Source: an uncultured Gammaproteobacteria bacterium (GTDB lineage: Bacteria; Pseudomonadota; Gammaproteobacteria; Arenicellales; JAANXG01). From it: a stretch of DNA of 64,000 nt. Below are positions 38,451-48,217 of the stretch, piece by piece. The stretch covers positions 1,359 through 65,358 of the forward strand of contig CAMYIN010000208.1 in NCBI GenBank assembly GCA_947258495.1. Reading direction: 5' to 3'. Below the pieces are notes generated by a model, which saw only the letters and a program-made list of their open reading frames with translations, searched no databases and had not been told where the DNA came from. Position 1 is the stretch's first letter, and every line of letters begins with the position of its first letter. The position numbers were made by a program, and so were the translations under genes.

Positions 38451-39808
38451 CGGTTCGACCCGGAACCGAAACCGGCGTCGGTGGCCAAACTCCCGTCGGC
38501 CAGGCTGAGCGCGGCGACGTTCGTCAACAACGACTGGTGCGCGAGCAGTTCCTCGTTACGGGCCTCGACGAGTCGCTGCTCCGCGCCGAGGAGATCAATG
38601 AGGATGGTGCGACCCTGGCCGTAACGTTCGCTTATCAGCTTGACGTTGCGCCGCGCCTTGGCCGTGTTTCCGGTGGCGATTTTCAGCCGTTCGACGGAAT
38701 CCTTGATGTTGTCGACGGCGACGCGCACCTCACCAACTATGGATTGACGCAAAGACGCTATTTGGAACTGCAGAGTCTGCGCCCGCGATTGCGCGATATC
38801 CACCGCGCTCCGGGTGCGCCCGCCGGTATAGAGGTCCTTGGTCACAACCCCCATCACGCGCCAGGATAACTCGTCCACGAAGGGGTGATCTTCGTACAGG
38901 GTCGTGTCCGCCGTCAGCTCTACCCGGGGACCCATCTGCGCCTGTGCCGAACGGGTCTGCGCCTGCGCCGTGCGCAGAGTCGCGAGCAACGCCAGCAGAT
39001 CGGACCGCGACTGCAGCGCACGCTGTTCGTGGACGCCCACATCGGGCAACGGCGGAGCGGCCGACGGCTCGTCGAGCGGCGGCACCGAAAGCGGTTGTTG
39101 CTGCGGCATGCCCATAGCGAGCTTCAAGCGGTTGTACGCGAGCGCAAGCCGGGTCCTTGACTGAGCGCTGAGGCTCTTGAACGCGGACCAGTTTACCTCC
39201 GCGGTGAGCTGGTCCGACTGCACCGTGCGGTCTTCGCGCACGAGCTGGCGGGTGGTGCGGGCGTGGCGCCTGGCGGCGGCCTCCGCGTCTGTGCCGATCG
39301 CTACACCCCGCTCCGCCGACTGGGCGGCGTAATAGGCGCGGACCGTGTCGTATATGGCGTGTTGCAGGAGTCGGGCGTGTTGCAGACGCGCGGCTTCCGT
39401 GTTGTGCGCGGCACCCTCAATTTCCGCTTGAACGCGTCCGCCGTTATAGAGGGAATACTGCAGGGCGACGCCGCCGCTGAACAACGCACTGATGTCCGGG
39501 TTGTTGAGATTGTGCGGATCGAAGTCCTCCGCGGTGACGCTGCGCGTGTTCAAGAGTTCGGCGAAGGCATCCAGAGGGTTGTCGCTGGTCTGCAGTCCGT
39601 AGCGAAACACGACCTGCGGTCGGCCCGCGGCTTCGGCCAAGCGGACCTGGGTTTCGGCGGTCGTGATGCGTTGCGCCGAGGCGCGCAGCTCGAAATTCCG
39701 CTCTACGGTGTAGCGGACCGCCTGCTCCAGGCGGGTGACGGGTTCGGCGGACGCCGGCGGGCCGCCGCCGGCGAGGCAGAGCGTAATGCATAAGAAGACG
39801 CGTTTCAT
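38447..39808 (-). CDS. TolC-family outer membrane efflux protein
   Basis: 453 aa with a signal peptide and two repeated OEP halves containing typical coiled-coil segments (LEQAVRYTVERNFELRA..., LLALLATLRTAQAQ...). Confidence 0.85.
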   Translation of the reverse strand: MKRVFLCITLCLAGGGPPASAEPVTRLEQAVRYTVERNFELRASAQRITTAETQVRLAEAAGRPQVVFRYGLQTSDNPLDAFAELLNTRSVTAEDFDPHNLNNPDISALFSGGVALQYSLYNGGRVQAEIEGAAHNTEAARLQHARLLQHAIYDTVRAYYAAQSAERGVAIGTDAEAAARRHARTTRQLVREDRTVQSDQLTAEVNWSAFKSLSAQSRTRLALAYNRLKLAMGMPQQQPLSVPPLDEPSAAPPLPDVGVHEQRALQSRSDLLALLATLRTAQAQTRSAQAQMGPRVELTADTTLYEDHPFVDELSWRVMGVVTKDLYTGGRTRSAVDIAQSRAQTLQFQIASLRQSIVGEVRVAVDNIKDSVERLKIATGNTAKARRNVKLISERYGQGRTILIDLLGAEQRLVEARNEELLAHQSLLTNVAALSLADGSLATDAGFGSGSNR

Positions 39809-40123
39809 GGTCAGGCCCCATATCGAGCGCTCGCGATAGAGACGTACGCTGCAAGGCGTCGGCCGACCGATGCGCGCATCCGGGTGCCGACGCGATCGGC
39901 GCAGGTTGTGCTCCCGCGAGAACTTCGTGTGATTATTAGTGATTTATAATATGCTAATGTAGCACTTGCGGCAAGCAGAGCATAGCTTCATCGAGTTGAC
40001 GAAATCCAGGACCCGCCGACCCGAACGTCGCCGCGGGCGTATGCGCGCGCCGGTTTATCACAATTGGGGTATGGACAGATATACGGTAAGGTTAACGCGG
40101 CAACACATCCGGATCGCCCAGGC

Positions 40124-41644
40124 ATGACCGCTGGAGAGAGAGAACGCATCGCATTCATAGATCCGCTGGCCGCGGAGCCGGAGACCGCGTCGTCCATCCT
40201 CGCGGGGACCGGTGTGCTGCTGGTGGCACTGGACGCCGACGGGCGCATCGTCCACTTCAACAACGCCTGCGAAAAGGCAACCGGCTACAGCAGGGCCGAA
40301 ATCATCGGCGAACCCCTATGGAACAGGCTCCTGGTTCCCGAGCAGGTCGACGGCGTCAAGCGCGTGTTCAGCGACCTCGTCGACGCGCCCGGACCGAAGG
40401 AACACGAGAACTACTGGGTTGCAAAGAACGACAGGCGCATCTGCATCCATTGGTTCAACACCTCCGTCCGCGAAGCCGGGGGACGCGTTCGCTGGGTCAT
40501 CGGCGCCGGCCTCGATATCACGGAAAAGAAAAAGGCCCAACTCGAGCTGGAAGAACACGCCGCAAGGTTGCGCGCGATCGTCGAGACCGCAGTCGAAGGC
40601 ATCATCACCATCGATGAAGACGGCACCATAGAGTCCGTCAACCCCGCGGCGGAGCGGTTGTTCGGTTATTCCGCCGGGTCGCTCCTGGGTCAAAACATAA
40701 CGATGCTGATGCCGCCGCCGCACAACGAAAAGCACGACCGCTATATGGAGCGCTATATGCGCACCGGCGAGGCGCGGATCATCGGTATCGGCAGGGAAGT
40801 GACCGGCCTGCGCAAGGACGGCACGGTGTTTCCCATGGAACTGGCAATCAGCGACGTGGTCCTGCCCGATCGCCGCTTATTCACGGGTATCGTTCGCGAT
40901 ATATCTGAACGCCGCACGGCGGAAAAGCGCGAGAGACAACGACTCGCGGAACACGCCCACGCCGCGCGGCTGGCCGCCCTCGGGGAGATGGCTTCCGGGA
41001 TTGCCCACGAACTCAATCAGCCTCTCACGGCAATTGTGAGTTTCGCCGACGCCTGCCGCAACCTGCTGGAAAAACCGGACGTGCCCAAGCGGGTTACTCT
41101 CGACGCCCTCAATCAGATATCCGAGCAGGGCGTGCGCGCCGGGAACATCATCCGGCGCTTGCGCAATTTCGTGAAAACGGGCTCTCTGGACCGCGAAATC
41201 ATAAACTTGAATGCCGTGATCAGCGACGTCATGGCCATGGTGAGCCACGAAATTCACATGAATGAAGTCGACATCGAGCTCAAGCTCGGCGACTATCTTC
41301 CGGGTGTCTGGGCGGACAAACTGCAGATTGAACAGGTGGTTCTCAACATCGTGCGTAACGCCATCGAAGCAATGGAAACCAGCAGCGTACGCCGTCTGGT
41401 GCTGAAAACATCGAAACGCGACGATCAAGTGCTGGTGTACGTCAGCGACAGCGGTTGCGGTTTCTCTGGAGAATCGGATCAGCTGTTCCAGGCGTTCTAC
41501 ACGACCAAGGAAAAAGGCACCGGGCTCGGTCTGTCCATCAGTCACACCATTATCGAGGCCCACGGCGGGGAACTCACCGCGACGGCCGACGACAGCGGCG
41601 CCACTTTCTCGTTTTCGCTGCCGATCGTGGAGGCGTTTTATTGA
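40124..41644 (+). CDS. fixL: Soluble oxygen-sensor histidine kinase FixL (PAS, heme-PAS, HisKA, HATPase)
   Basis: The second PAS domain carries the FixL heme pocket: NITMLMPPPHNEKHDRYMERYMRTGEARIIGIGREVTGLRKDGTVFPMELAIS. It includes the proximal His (40733..40735) and both conserved Arg residues, followed by AHELNQPLTAI. Confidence 0.85.
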   Translation: MTAGERERIAFIDPLAAEPETASSILAGTGVLLVALDADGRIVHFNNACEKATGYSRAEIIGEPLWNRLLVPEQVDGVKRVFSDLVDAPGPKEHENYWVAKNDRRICIHWFNTSVREAGGRVRWVIGAGLDITEKKKAQLELEEHAARLRAIVETAVEGIITIDEDGTIESVNPAAERLFGYSAGSLLGQNITMLMPPPHNEKHDRYMERYMRTGEARIIGIGREVTGLRKDGTVFPMELAISDVVLPDRRLFTGIVRDISERRTAEKRERQRLAEHAHAARLAALGEMASGIAHELNQPLTAIVSFADACRNLLEKPDVPKRVTLDALNQISEQGVRAGNIIRRLRNFVKTGSLDREIINLNAVISDVMAMVSHEIHMNEVDIELKLGDYLPGVWADKLQIEQVVLNIVRNAIEAMETSSVRRLVLKTSKRDDQVLVYVSDSGCGFSGESDQLFQAFYTTKEKGTGLGLSISHTIIEAHGGELTATADDSGATFSFSLPIVEAFY

Positions 41645-42282
41645 TGATCGGCGATACTTTGGTTTACGTCGTGGACGACGATGCGGCCGTGCGGGCGGGG
41701 CTGAAACTTCTGCTGGAGTCCGAAGGCTATTCGGTGGTGGATTACGCATCGGCCAAAGATTTCCTGCGGGACTGTCCCAAGGATTGCGGCTGCCACGGAT
41801 GCATGATCCTGGACCTGCAGATGCCGGACATGGACGGGCTTGCCGTGCAAAAAGAACTCAGTGATCGCAGCATAGATATACCGATCATCTTTCTAAGCGG
41901 GCACGGCACCATTCCCACCGCGGTGAAGGCGCTGCAGGAAGGCGCCGTGGATTTCATCGAGAAGCCGGTAGACCGTGAACGTCTATTGGCCTGCGTGCAG
42001 CGCGCGTTGGCGAGCGACGCACAGCTTCAGACCCGGGCTGCGCAAAGACGTGCCACCGAACAGCGTCTGGCGAGGCTTACGCAGCGTGAACGCCAGATCA
42101 TGAACATGATTGCAGCGGGCAAGCCGAACAAAGTGGTCGCCATCGACCTCGGTATCAGCGAGCGCACCGTCGAGCTGCATCGTTCCCGCATCCTGCACAA
42201 GATGGAAGTGCGCAACGCGGTGGAGCTGACGCAGATGCTCTCCAGCGTCGGTGATCCGCAGGCCCAACACGACAGCCATTGA
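41644..42282 (+). CDS. fixJ: Response regulator FixJ
   Basis: VYVVDDDAAVRAGL...MILDLQMPDMDG...LTQRERQIMNMIAAGKPNKVVAIDLGISERTVELHR. The start overlaps the fixL stop (TGATG). Confidence 0.9.
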   Translation: MIGDTLVYVVDDDAAVRAGLKLLLESEGYSVVDYASAKDFLRDCPKDCGCHGCMILDLQMPDMDGLAVQKELSDRSIDIPIIFLSGHGTIPTAVKALQEGAVDFIEKPVDRERLLACVQRALASDAQLQTRAAQRRATEQRLARLTQRERQIMNMIAAGKPNKVVAIDLGISERTVELHRSRILHKMEVRNAVELTQMLSSVGDPQAQHDSH

Positions 42283-42292
42283 TCCCCGTCAA
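42279..42292. promoter_or_regulatory. FNR/FixK-type box (9/10)
   Basis: TTGAT-CCCC-GTCAA overlaps the fixJ stop codon. A TTTACT hexamer places the box centre near -41.5 for the downstream orphan receiver gene. Confidence 0.55.
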
Positions 42293-42359
42293 GGCGTAAG
42301 CGCCCCGGATGATGTTTACTTGCGCCAATTGAGTCGAGGCCGGTAATACTGTGTTAAGC

Positions 42360-42764
42360 ATGGCGCAAAGCCGAACCGCCGCACCCGATAAGCCATCAAC
42401 CTTGTACATCGTCGACGACGATGAGGCTGTTAGAGCGGCCATTACCCTGCTCGCCTATTCCATGGGTTGGAGCGCGCAGCCGTATGCCTCGGCACCGGAA
42501 TTCCTGGAAAAATTCCATGGATCCGACAACGACTGCCTGATCGTCGATCTGCGGATGCCGGGAATGAACGGCATAGAATTGCTCGAGGAACTGGGCAAGC
42601 GCGGCATGAGGATCCCCACGGTGATGATCACCGCACAGCGTGACGACAAGCTGGTCGGTCGCGCGCGGTCCGCCGGGGCATCCATCGTCCTGAGCAAGCC
42701 CTTTCGCAATCAATCGCTTATCGAGCACATCCAGCGAGCCATTTCAACGCGGCATGGCGTCTGA
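42360..42764 (+). CDS. Orphan single-domain response regulator (FixJ-type receiver only)
   Basis: LYIVDDDEAVRAAITLL...LIVDLRMPGMNGIELL...VLSKPF, with no output domain. The start is ATG 42360 (GTG 42351 is an alternative). Confidence 0.8.
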   Translation: MAQSRTAAPDKPSTLYIVDDDEAVRAAITLLAYSMGWSAQPYASAPEFLEKFHGSDNDCLIVDLRMPGMNGIELLEELGKRGMRIPTVMITAQRDDKLVGRARSAGASIVLSKPFRNQSLIEHIQRAISTRHGV

Positions 42765-42877
42765 GCCGTCTACGGCCTCGAATATGTGAAACTACGTACG
42801 TGGAACCGCGCATTTTCCGTGATGCACGCACGCCGGTATAACGTTGCGTAAACAAACGCACGATTAGGAGGACCGGC

Positions 42878-43645
42878 ATGAGTCACGATACGCGAATCGT
42901 CCAGTTTCCAAGACAGACGGGGCAATGTCAGACCTGCGATCGAGTCGGCGTCTGTCTGGGCAAGGGCCTGTCGAACGACGAGGCCAGTGAGTTGCTGCGC
43001 GTCACCGCGGTCCCGAAGCTGTTGAAAAGGGGTCAGGAACTTTTCAATGAAGGATCCGGTTTCGAGTACCTGTACGCCGTGCGTTCGGGGGCGTTCAAGA
43101 CCTATAAGATTACGACCGACGGCGAGGAGCAGATCATCGACTTTCATCTTCCCGGCGATCTCATGGGATTCAACGCCGTTGCCCGTGGCCACTACACGTG
43201 CCACGCCGTCGCCTTGGACACCGCAAGCGTCTGCGGCATACGCTTCGACGACCTTGCTGCGCTCTGCGCGAGCTCCGCGCGTGTTCAGGAAGTGCTGCTG
43301 AAGAGGATCAGCGAGCTCATGGCCAAGGAAGAGGATTTCCTCGTGACCATAGGCACGAAGAGCGCGAGTCAGCGGCTGGCTTCCTTCCTCGTCTCGCTAT
43401 CGCATTGCTATCTCAATCGGGGCTTTTCCTCGACGAAGTTCATCCTGCCCATGTCTCGTACCGACATCGCGAGCTACTTGAGCCTCGCCGTGGAGACCGT
43501 GAGTCGGACCATGACCCGTCTGCAGCACGACGACATCATATCGGTGCAAAGAAACTCCGTGGAAATCAAGAACCACGATCGCCTGCATGCGCTGGCGGGT
43601 CAGCGGGCGCTTGGCACGGCGACCACGGTGGACATGTTACACTAG
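42878..43645 (+). CDS. fnr: FNR/Anr-type oxygen-responsive transcription regulator
   Basis: N-terminal C-x2-C-x5-C (CQTCDRVGVC, 42926..42955) plus a fourth Cys in ALDTASVCGIRFDDL, spaced as in E. coli FNR. C-terminal CRP-type HTH (RTDIASYLSLAVETVSRTMTRL). Confidence 0.9.
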   Translation: MSHDTRIVQFPRQTGQCQTCDRVGVCLGKGLSNDEASELLRVTAVPKLLKRGQELFNEGSGFEYLYAVRSGAFKTYKITTDGEEQIIDFHLPGDLMGFNAVARGHYTCHAVALDTASVCGIRFDDLAALCASSARVQEVLLKRISELMAKEEDFLVTIGTKSASQRLASFLVSLSHCYLNRGFSSTKFILPMSRTDIASYLSLAVETVSRTMTRLQHDDIISVQRNSVEIKNHDRLHALAGQRALGTATTVDMLH

Positions 43646-43942
43646 CGAAACCGTGCGGCGTTGACGTTCGCGCAGTTCCCAGGGTGGGCCGGCCCCGAAA
43701 ACGCCGGCGCGCCATGAGGTAGACTGCAAGCAAGGCGCACTCGACACCGCCGGTACGCCGGCGCCCATGTCGATTGTGCCGACGGTGCCTGACGTGCAGC
43801 GCCGATGTGTTGGAACCGCACGTCGCTTCGGCGATACGCCGGCGGCAAACTTTTCCGCACCCCGCATCGACATGCGTGTGAGATCAGCTCAGCCATCAAC
43901 GTCCCTAATACGTCACGGCAAGGTCCCAGGGCGGCCGATGCC

Positions 43943-46450
43943 ATGACTGCGGGTAACGCGGCCACCGAATACCTGGGCGTCGCGGCGAAGACGTGTTTCC
44001 ATTGCGGCCTGCCGGTGCCGTCGGCGGGCGGGTGTCGAGTACAAATCGACGGTGCGCAAAGATGGATGTGCTGTCCCGGCTGCGAAGCGGTGGCCAAAGC
44101 GATCGTCGCCGGCGGCTATCAGGACTACTACCGTCATCGCACGCACAACGCATTCAACCCCGCCGATCTGTTGCCGGAAGGCGTCGACGATCTGTCCGCT
44201 TACGATCATCCCGCAACGCAGCAGACCTTGGTGCGGGCTGAGCCGCACGGATTGTGCGAGACGTCTTTAATCCTGGAGGGAATCACCTGCGCCGCCTGCA
44301 GTTGGTTGAACGAGCGATGTCTTCGCGATCTCACCGGCGTCGTCGACGCACAGGTGAATTACTCCACCCACCGTGCCCGTGTACGCTGGGACCCCGGTCG
44401 CGTTCAACTCAGCCAGATCGTAGGCGCGGTCAAACGCATCGGATATGCGGCGCACCCGTACGACCCCGAGCGCTACGAAGCCGTCATCGAAAGACAGAGG
44501 AAGGCGCTGTTGAGACGTCTCGGCGTCTCCGCGGCGCTGGGAATGCAGGTGATGATGCTCGCTGTGGCCATGTATTTCGCGCGTCCCGACGAGATGTTCG
44601 GCGCCCAGCGGACCTTGTTTCACTGGGTGAGCTTGCTCCTCACGCTACCGATCGTAGTCTACGCCGCCTACCCCTTCTTCCGCCGCTCCTGGCACGAAAT
44701 GGGCCGTCTGAGACCCGGCATGGACACACCGGTATCTCTGGGCATCGCGCTCGCATTCGGCGGCAGCGCATGGAGCGCCTGGCAAGGCAGCGGTGCGGTC
44801 TATTTCGAGTCGGTGGCCATGTTCACGTTTTTCCTGCTGACGGCGCGTTACCTGGAGCTCGCGGCACGCCAGCGCAGCATGCGCCGATTCGACGCCATGG
44901 CGGGGGGTACGCCGAATCTGGCGCATCGGCTTTGCGGCGACGGCAGCGTGGACACCGTCGCCGCGACGGAGCTTAAAGCCGGCGATCGTGTACGCGTGCT
45001 TGCGGGCGCGCAGGTGCCCGCCGACGGTGTGGTTACCGGGAGCTCCTCCAGCGTCAGCGAATCCCTGTTGACCGGCGAAAGCCGGCCGCTGTCGAAACAC
45101 GCAGGTGACCGCGTGCTCGCGGGTTCCGTCAATCTAGAGCATCCGATCGAGCTGAAAGTTACCGCTACGCGCAAGGAAAGCCTGCTGTCGCAGATCGTTC
45201 GCTTGGTGGAGCGCGCGCAAAGCGAAAAGCCGCGACTCACGCGGCTCGCCGATCGGGTGGCGTCGGCATTCGTGCTCTGCGTGCTCTTGCTGGCGTCCGC
45301 GGTGGGGTTGTACTGGTGGCATCAGGACCCGGAGCGCTGGCTTGAGATCACCGTTTCCGTTCTGGTGGTAACCTGTCCCTGCGCGTTGTCCCTGGCGATG
45401 CCGACGGCGCTCACCGCGGCGACCAATGCGGTCATGGAATTCGGCGCCGTCGTCACCGGCCGCGACACGTTTGAGCGTCTTGCGGGAATCGATTATGCGG
45501 TGTTCGACAAGACGGGCACCCTCACCGAAGGGGAAATCAGACTGATTGATGTGCACAGACTTTCGAACATGCCGCGGCAGGAGGTATTGTCCATCGCGGC
45601 CGCGCTGGAGGCGTTCTCGCAACATCCGATCTCGCGAGCGGTCACTAGGGCGGCGAAAGACATCCCCGTCGTGCCAGCGACCGACGTGGCGACAACGGCC
45701 GGCGGGGGGATCACTGGAACGGTGCATGGTCGACGCTATCACCTGGGACAAGCACGGTACCTGGCCCAGAAAACCGCGCTTCAGGTCCCCGCCGTGGAAA
45801 CGGGTACGAGTACGGTCGCCTTCCTTGGAGACGGCCATCGGCTGCACGCAGCCCTGCTTTTCAGCGATCGCCTGCGCTCCGATGCCGTGGAAACGATCCG
45901 GGCCCTGAAAAGATCGGGCGTACGCATTGCGTTGTATTCCGGCGACCGCAGCGGCGCCGTCAATGCAACCGCCGACGCGCTCGGCATCGACGAACGAAAA
46001 TGGGACCTGACTCCGGAACAGAAGCTGACCGAAATCCGTCGCCTGCAGGCGCAGGGCTTCGCCGTTGCCATGATCGGCGACGGCGTGAACGACGCTCCGG
46101 TGTTGTCGGCCGCGAACGTGTCCGCTGCCATGGGAGGAGGCGCCGATCTCGCGCGCACCCAGGCGGACCTGGTCCTCGTCGGCAATCGTCTGCGCTCGTT
46201 CTTCCGCGCACACGCACTGGCTGAACACACCATGTCCGTGATCCGACAGAACCTGTTTTGGGCCGTCGTATACAACCTGCTGGCGCTGCCCGCGGCGGCG
46301 GCGGGCATGGTTCCGCCCTGGTTGGCGGCGGTGGGCATGTCGGCGAGCTCGTTGCTCGTCGTAGGCAACGCTACCCGCCTACTCGAGCGCGACCGGGACC
46401 GCAAGGCGACCCAGGCGTACCGCATGAAGGCTTACTCCGCCGCGACCTGA
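43943..46450 (+). CDS. ccoI: Copper-translocating P1B-type ATPase CcoI/FixI
   Basis: FixI-type N-terminus CFHCGLPVP...WMCCPGCEAV, CPC motif (VVTCPCAL), DKTGTLT, and GDGVNDAP. Confidence 0.9.
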   Translation: MTAGNAATEYLGVAAKTCFHCGLPVPSAGGCRVQIDGAQRWMCCPGCEAVAKAIVAGGYQDYYRHRTHNAFNPADLLPEGVDDLSAYDHPATQQTLVRAEPHGLCETSLILEGITCAACSWLNERCLRDLTGVVDAQVNYSTHRARVRWDPGRVQLSQIVGAVKRIGYAAHPYDPERYEAVIERQRKALLRRLGVSAALGMQVMMLAVAMYFARPDEMFGAQRTLFHWVSLLLTLPIVVYAAYPFFRRSWHEMGRLRPGMDTPVSLGIALAFGGSAWSAWQGSGAVYFESVAMFTFFLLTARYLELAARQRSMRRFDAMAGGTPNLAHRLCGDGSVDTVAATELKAGDRVRVLAGAQVPADGVVTGSSSSVSESLLTGESRPLSKHAGDRVLAGSVNLEHPIELKVTATRKESLLSQIVRLVERAQSEKPRLTRLADRVASAFVLCVLLLASAVGLYWWHQDPERWLEITVSVLVVTCPCALSLAMPTALTAATNAVMEFGAVVTGRDTFERLAGIDYAVFDKTGTLTEGEIRLIDVHRLSNMPRQEVLSIAAALEAFSQHPISRAVTRAAKDIPVVPATDVATTAGGGITGTVHGRRYHLGQARYLAQKTALQVPAVETGTSTVAFLGDGHRLHAALLFSDRLRSDAVETIRALKRSGVRIALYSGDRSGAVNATADALGIDERKWDLTPEQKLTEIRRLQAQGFAVAMIGDGVNDAPVLSAANVSAAMGGGADLARTQADLVLVGNRLRSFFRAHALAEHTMSVIRQNLFWAVVYNLLALPAAAAGMVPPWLAAVGMSASSLLVVGNATRLLERDRDRKATQAYRMKAYSAAT

Positions 46451-46644
46451 TGGATATCCTGTTCTTACTGATTCCGCTGTCTTTGGTTCTGGTGGCCGTT
46501 ATCGTCGGCGCGGTGCTGTGGGCGGTCAAATCCGGGCAGTTCGACGATCTCGAGGGTCCGGCCCATCGCATTGTGTTGGACGACGATGACAATCCCCGCC
46601 GGGACGACCGCGAGCAGGAGTCGACACAATCACCGGGCAGCTAG
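46450..46644 (+). CDS. ccoS: cbb3 oxidase maturation protein CcoS/FixS
   Basis: MDILFLLIPLSLVLVAVIVGAVLWAVKSGQFDDLEGPAHRIVLDDD is a typical CcoS sequence. The start overlaps the ccoI stop. Confidence 0.85.
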   Translation: MDILFLLIPLSLVLVAVIVGAVLWAVKSGQFDDLEGPAHRIVLDDDDNPRRDDREQESTQSPGS

Positions 46645-46888
46645 CCTGCATTGCTCACCAGGATCCCGGACGCTGGCGCAGGACAGGTGCGGCTGAACGC
46701 CGGGTTGGAACGAGATCCATAGCCGTAGCTATGGATCGAGGGAAGCCCAAGTTCCGGCGTGCCTGGACCAGCCAGGACCGGGATAGGTGTCGCTGATACA
46801 GACTGTATTGTCGAGCAAGACGCAACGTACTCGCATTAACGGGACTTTAGCAACGACCACGGCCGCCTTAATGAGAAATGCAGGCTAG
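46641..46888. mobile_element. MITE-like element, copy A2 (248 bp, the more intact copy)
   Basis: About 19-bp terminal inverted repeats CTAGCCTGCATTGCTCACC / AATGAGAAATGCAGGCTAG, with CTAG at both ends. Has an internal perfect 10-bp hairpin GATCCATAGC-CGTA-GCTATGGATC. No ORF. Confidence 0.65.
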
Positions 46889-46956
46889 CGCCCGCCCGTT
46901 TCCGGGAATTGCGGCGACGGAATACCGGTCCCGCCTCCGCAGAGAAGGGCATGCCG

Positions 46957-47526
46957 CTATTTACTGGCCTCGTTCAGGCTTTCCTGCTGCGCCATGATGT
47001 AGGCGTACAGTTGCTGGTACTCGCTCTCGACGACATCACCGAACAAGGGATCGTGGATGGCGTCGATTTCCGCCTCGATCTGAGAATAATCTTTTTTCGT
47101 AAGGACCCGCCGCGCGCGCTTGAGTATGTCTTCTTCCTCCCGCCCCATATGCGCGCGCAGAATCTGGGTATATTCCGTCCCCAAGGAAATAAAGTCGTCA
47201 CGGCGCACGAAATCCGAGTTTTGCGCGGCGCAGATCACGTCGTAGAGCCGTTCGCCAACCACCTTCAACGTATCATGCTCCCGCATCAACTCGTCCACCA
47301 CTGCTTCGATCTTGCTGTCCCGTTCTGACACGCGTCGAAAGATGGCATCCTCCACATTGTGGTGCATCTGATCCAGGTAATTGGTCATATAGCGCATGAC
47401 GTGCTCGAGCATGAGAAAATCCGGCATATCATTATTCCGCGCCTTGGTCGTCTCCAAATCGATCAGATCCAGCAGACGTGCCATGTGGACGTGATCCTTA
47501 TGGATTCTATCGAGGACATTGGCCAT
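46957..47526 (-). CDS. Hemerythrin HHE cation-binding domain protein
   Basis: IHKDHVHMARLL, HHNVEDAIFRRV, LMREHDTL and AHMGREEEDIL match the H/HxxxE motif pattern. GGAG lies 7 nt before the ATG at 47526. Confidence 0.8.
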   Translation of the reverse strand: MANVLDRIHKDHVHMARLLDLIDLETTKARNNDMPDFLMLEHVMRYMTNYLDQMHHNVEDAIFRRVSERDSKIEAVVDELMREHDTLKVVGERLYDVICAAQNSDFVRRDDFISLGTEYTQILRAHMGREEEDILKRARRVLTKKDYSQIEAEIDAIHDPLFGDVVESEYQQLYAYIMAQQESLNEASK

Positions 47527-47669
47527 ACCCAATCTCCGAAATCTAAGGTTTATCGGTCAGTGTTGCATTGATAGTGCTCTCCGGGCGGCGCCGCTTCGCC
47601 TGTGCACGAAGCGTTCGGGCGCTCAGCAACAGCCGCCGATGGAGCAACGTCGAGCATTCAACGATGCAA

Positions 47670-48215
47670 TCATAACACCGCGGAACCCCCGGCGGCCCCC
47701 TTGGTCTTGAAGGCGGGATCGTGAAGCAGATCGACTTCCGATTGCGCCGGAATGTTCAGCACGCCGTTCAAACGCCATGCTTCATGAGAAAGCGTTATAT
47801 ACCATCTTCCCGCGGACAGGCCCTGCAAACCGGCTTCGTAGAAACCGCCGCCGGCGCCGTGCAGAACCAAGCGCTGATCGGAACCGCTCCGGGTCGCGTG
47901 GGACAGCTGCAGCAGGAGCCGGCTGGGAAGCTCGAAATTCCGGCCGGCCCGCATGCGCACCCGAACGCGTTGCCGTTCTGAGTCTATCTGCAGACTCGCA
48001 TTGAGATCGTAGTCCGCGGCTACACGGTCGCGTTGCAATGAGCGATTGATCTCCAGTCCTCGTCGGTAATAGTCGTCGGCGACCGTACCGTCGTTGCTTA
48101 CCACCGCCAACACGATAGTGATGGAACTCATGACGACCGCAGCCATGGGTATGGCAATCAACATCCATACCAAAGGCTGACGATACCAGGGCGTCACGTC
48201 TGCGGGGGCGGCCAC
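47670..48215 (-). CDS. ccoH: FixH/CcoH family cbb3 assembly protein
   Basis: WYRQPLVWMLIAIPMAAVVMSSITIVLAV..DDYYRRGLEINR. Lies directly downstream of ccoG. Confidence 0.8.
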   Translation of the reverse strand: MAAPADVTPWYRQPLVWMLIAIPMAAVVMSSITIVLAVVSNDGTVADDYYRRGLEINRSLQRDRVAADYDLNASLQIDSERQRVRVRMRAGRNFELPSRLLLQLSHATRSGSDQRLVLHGAGGGFYEAGLQGLSAGRWYITLSHEAWRLNGVLNIPAQSEVDLLHDPAFKTKGAAGGSAVL

Positions 48216-48217
48216 GA

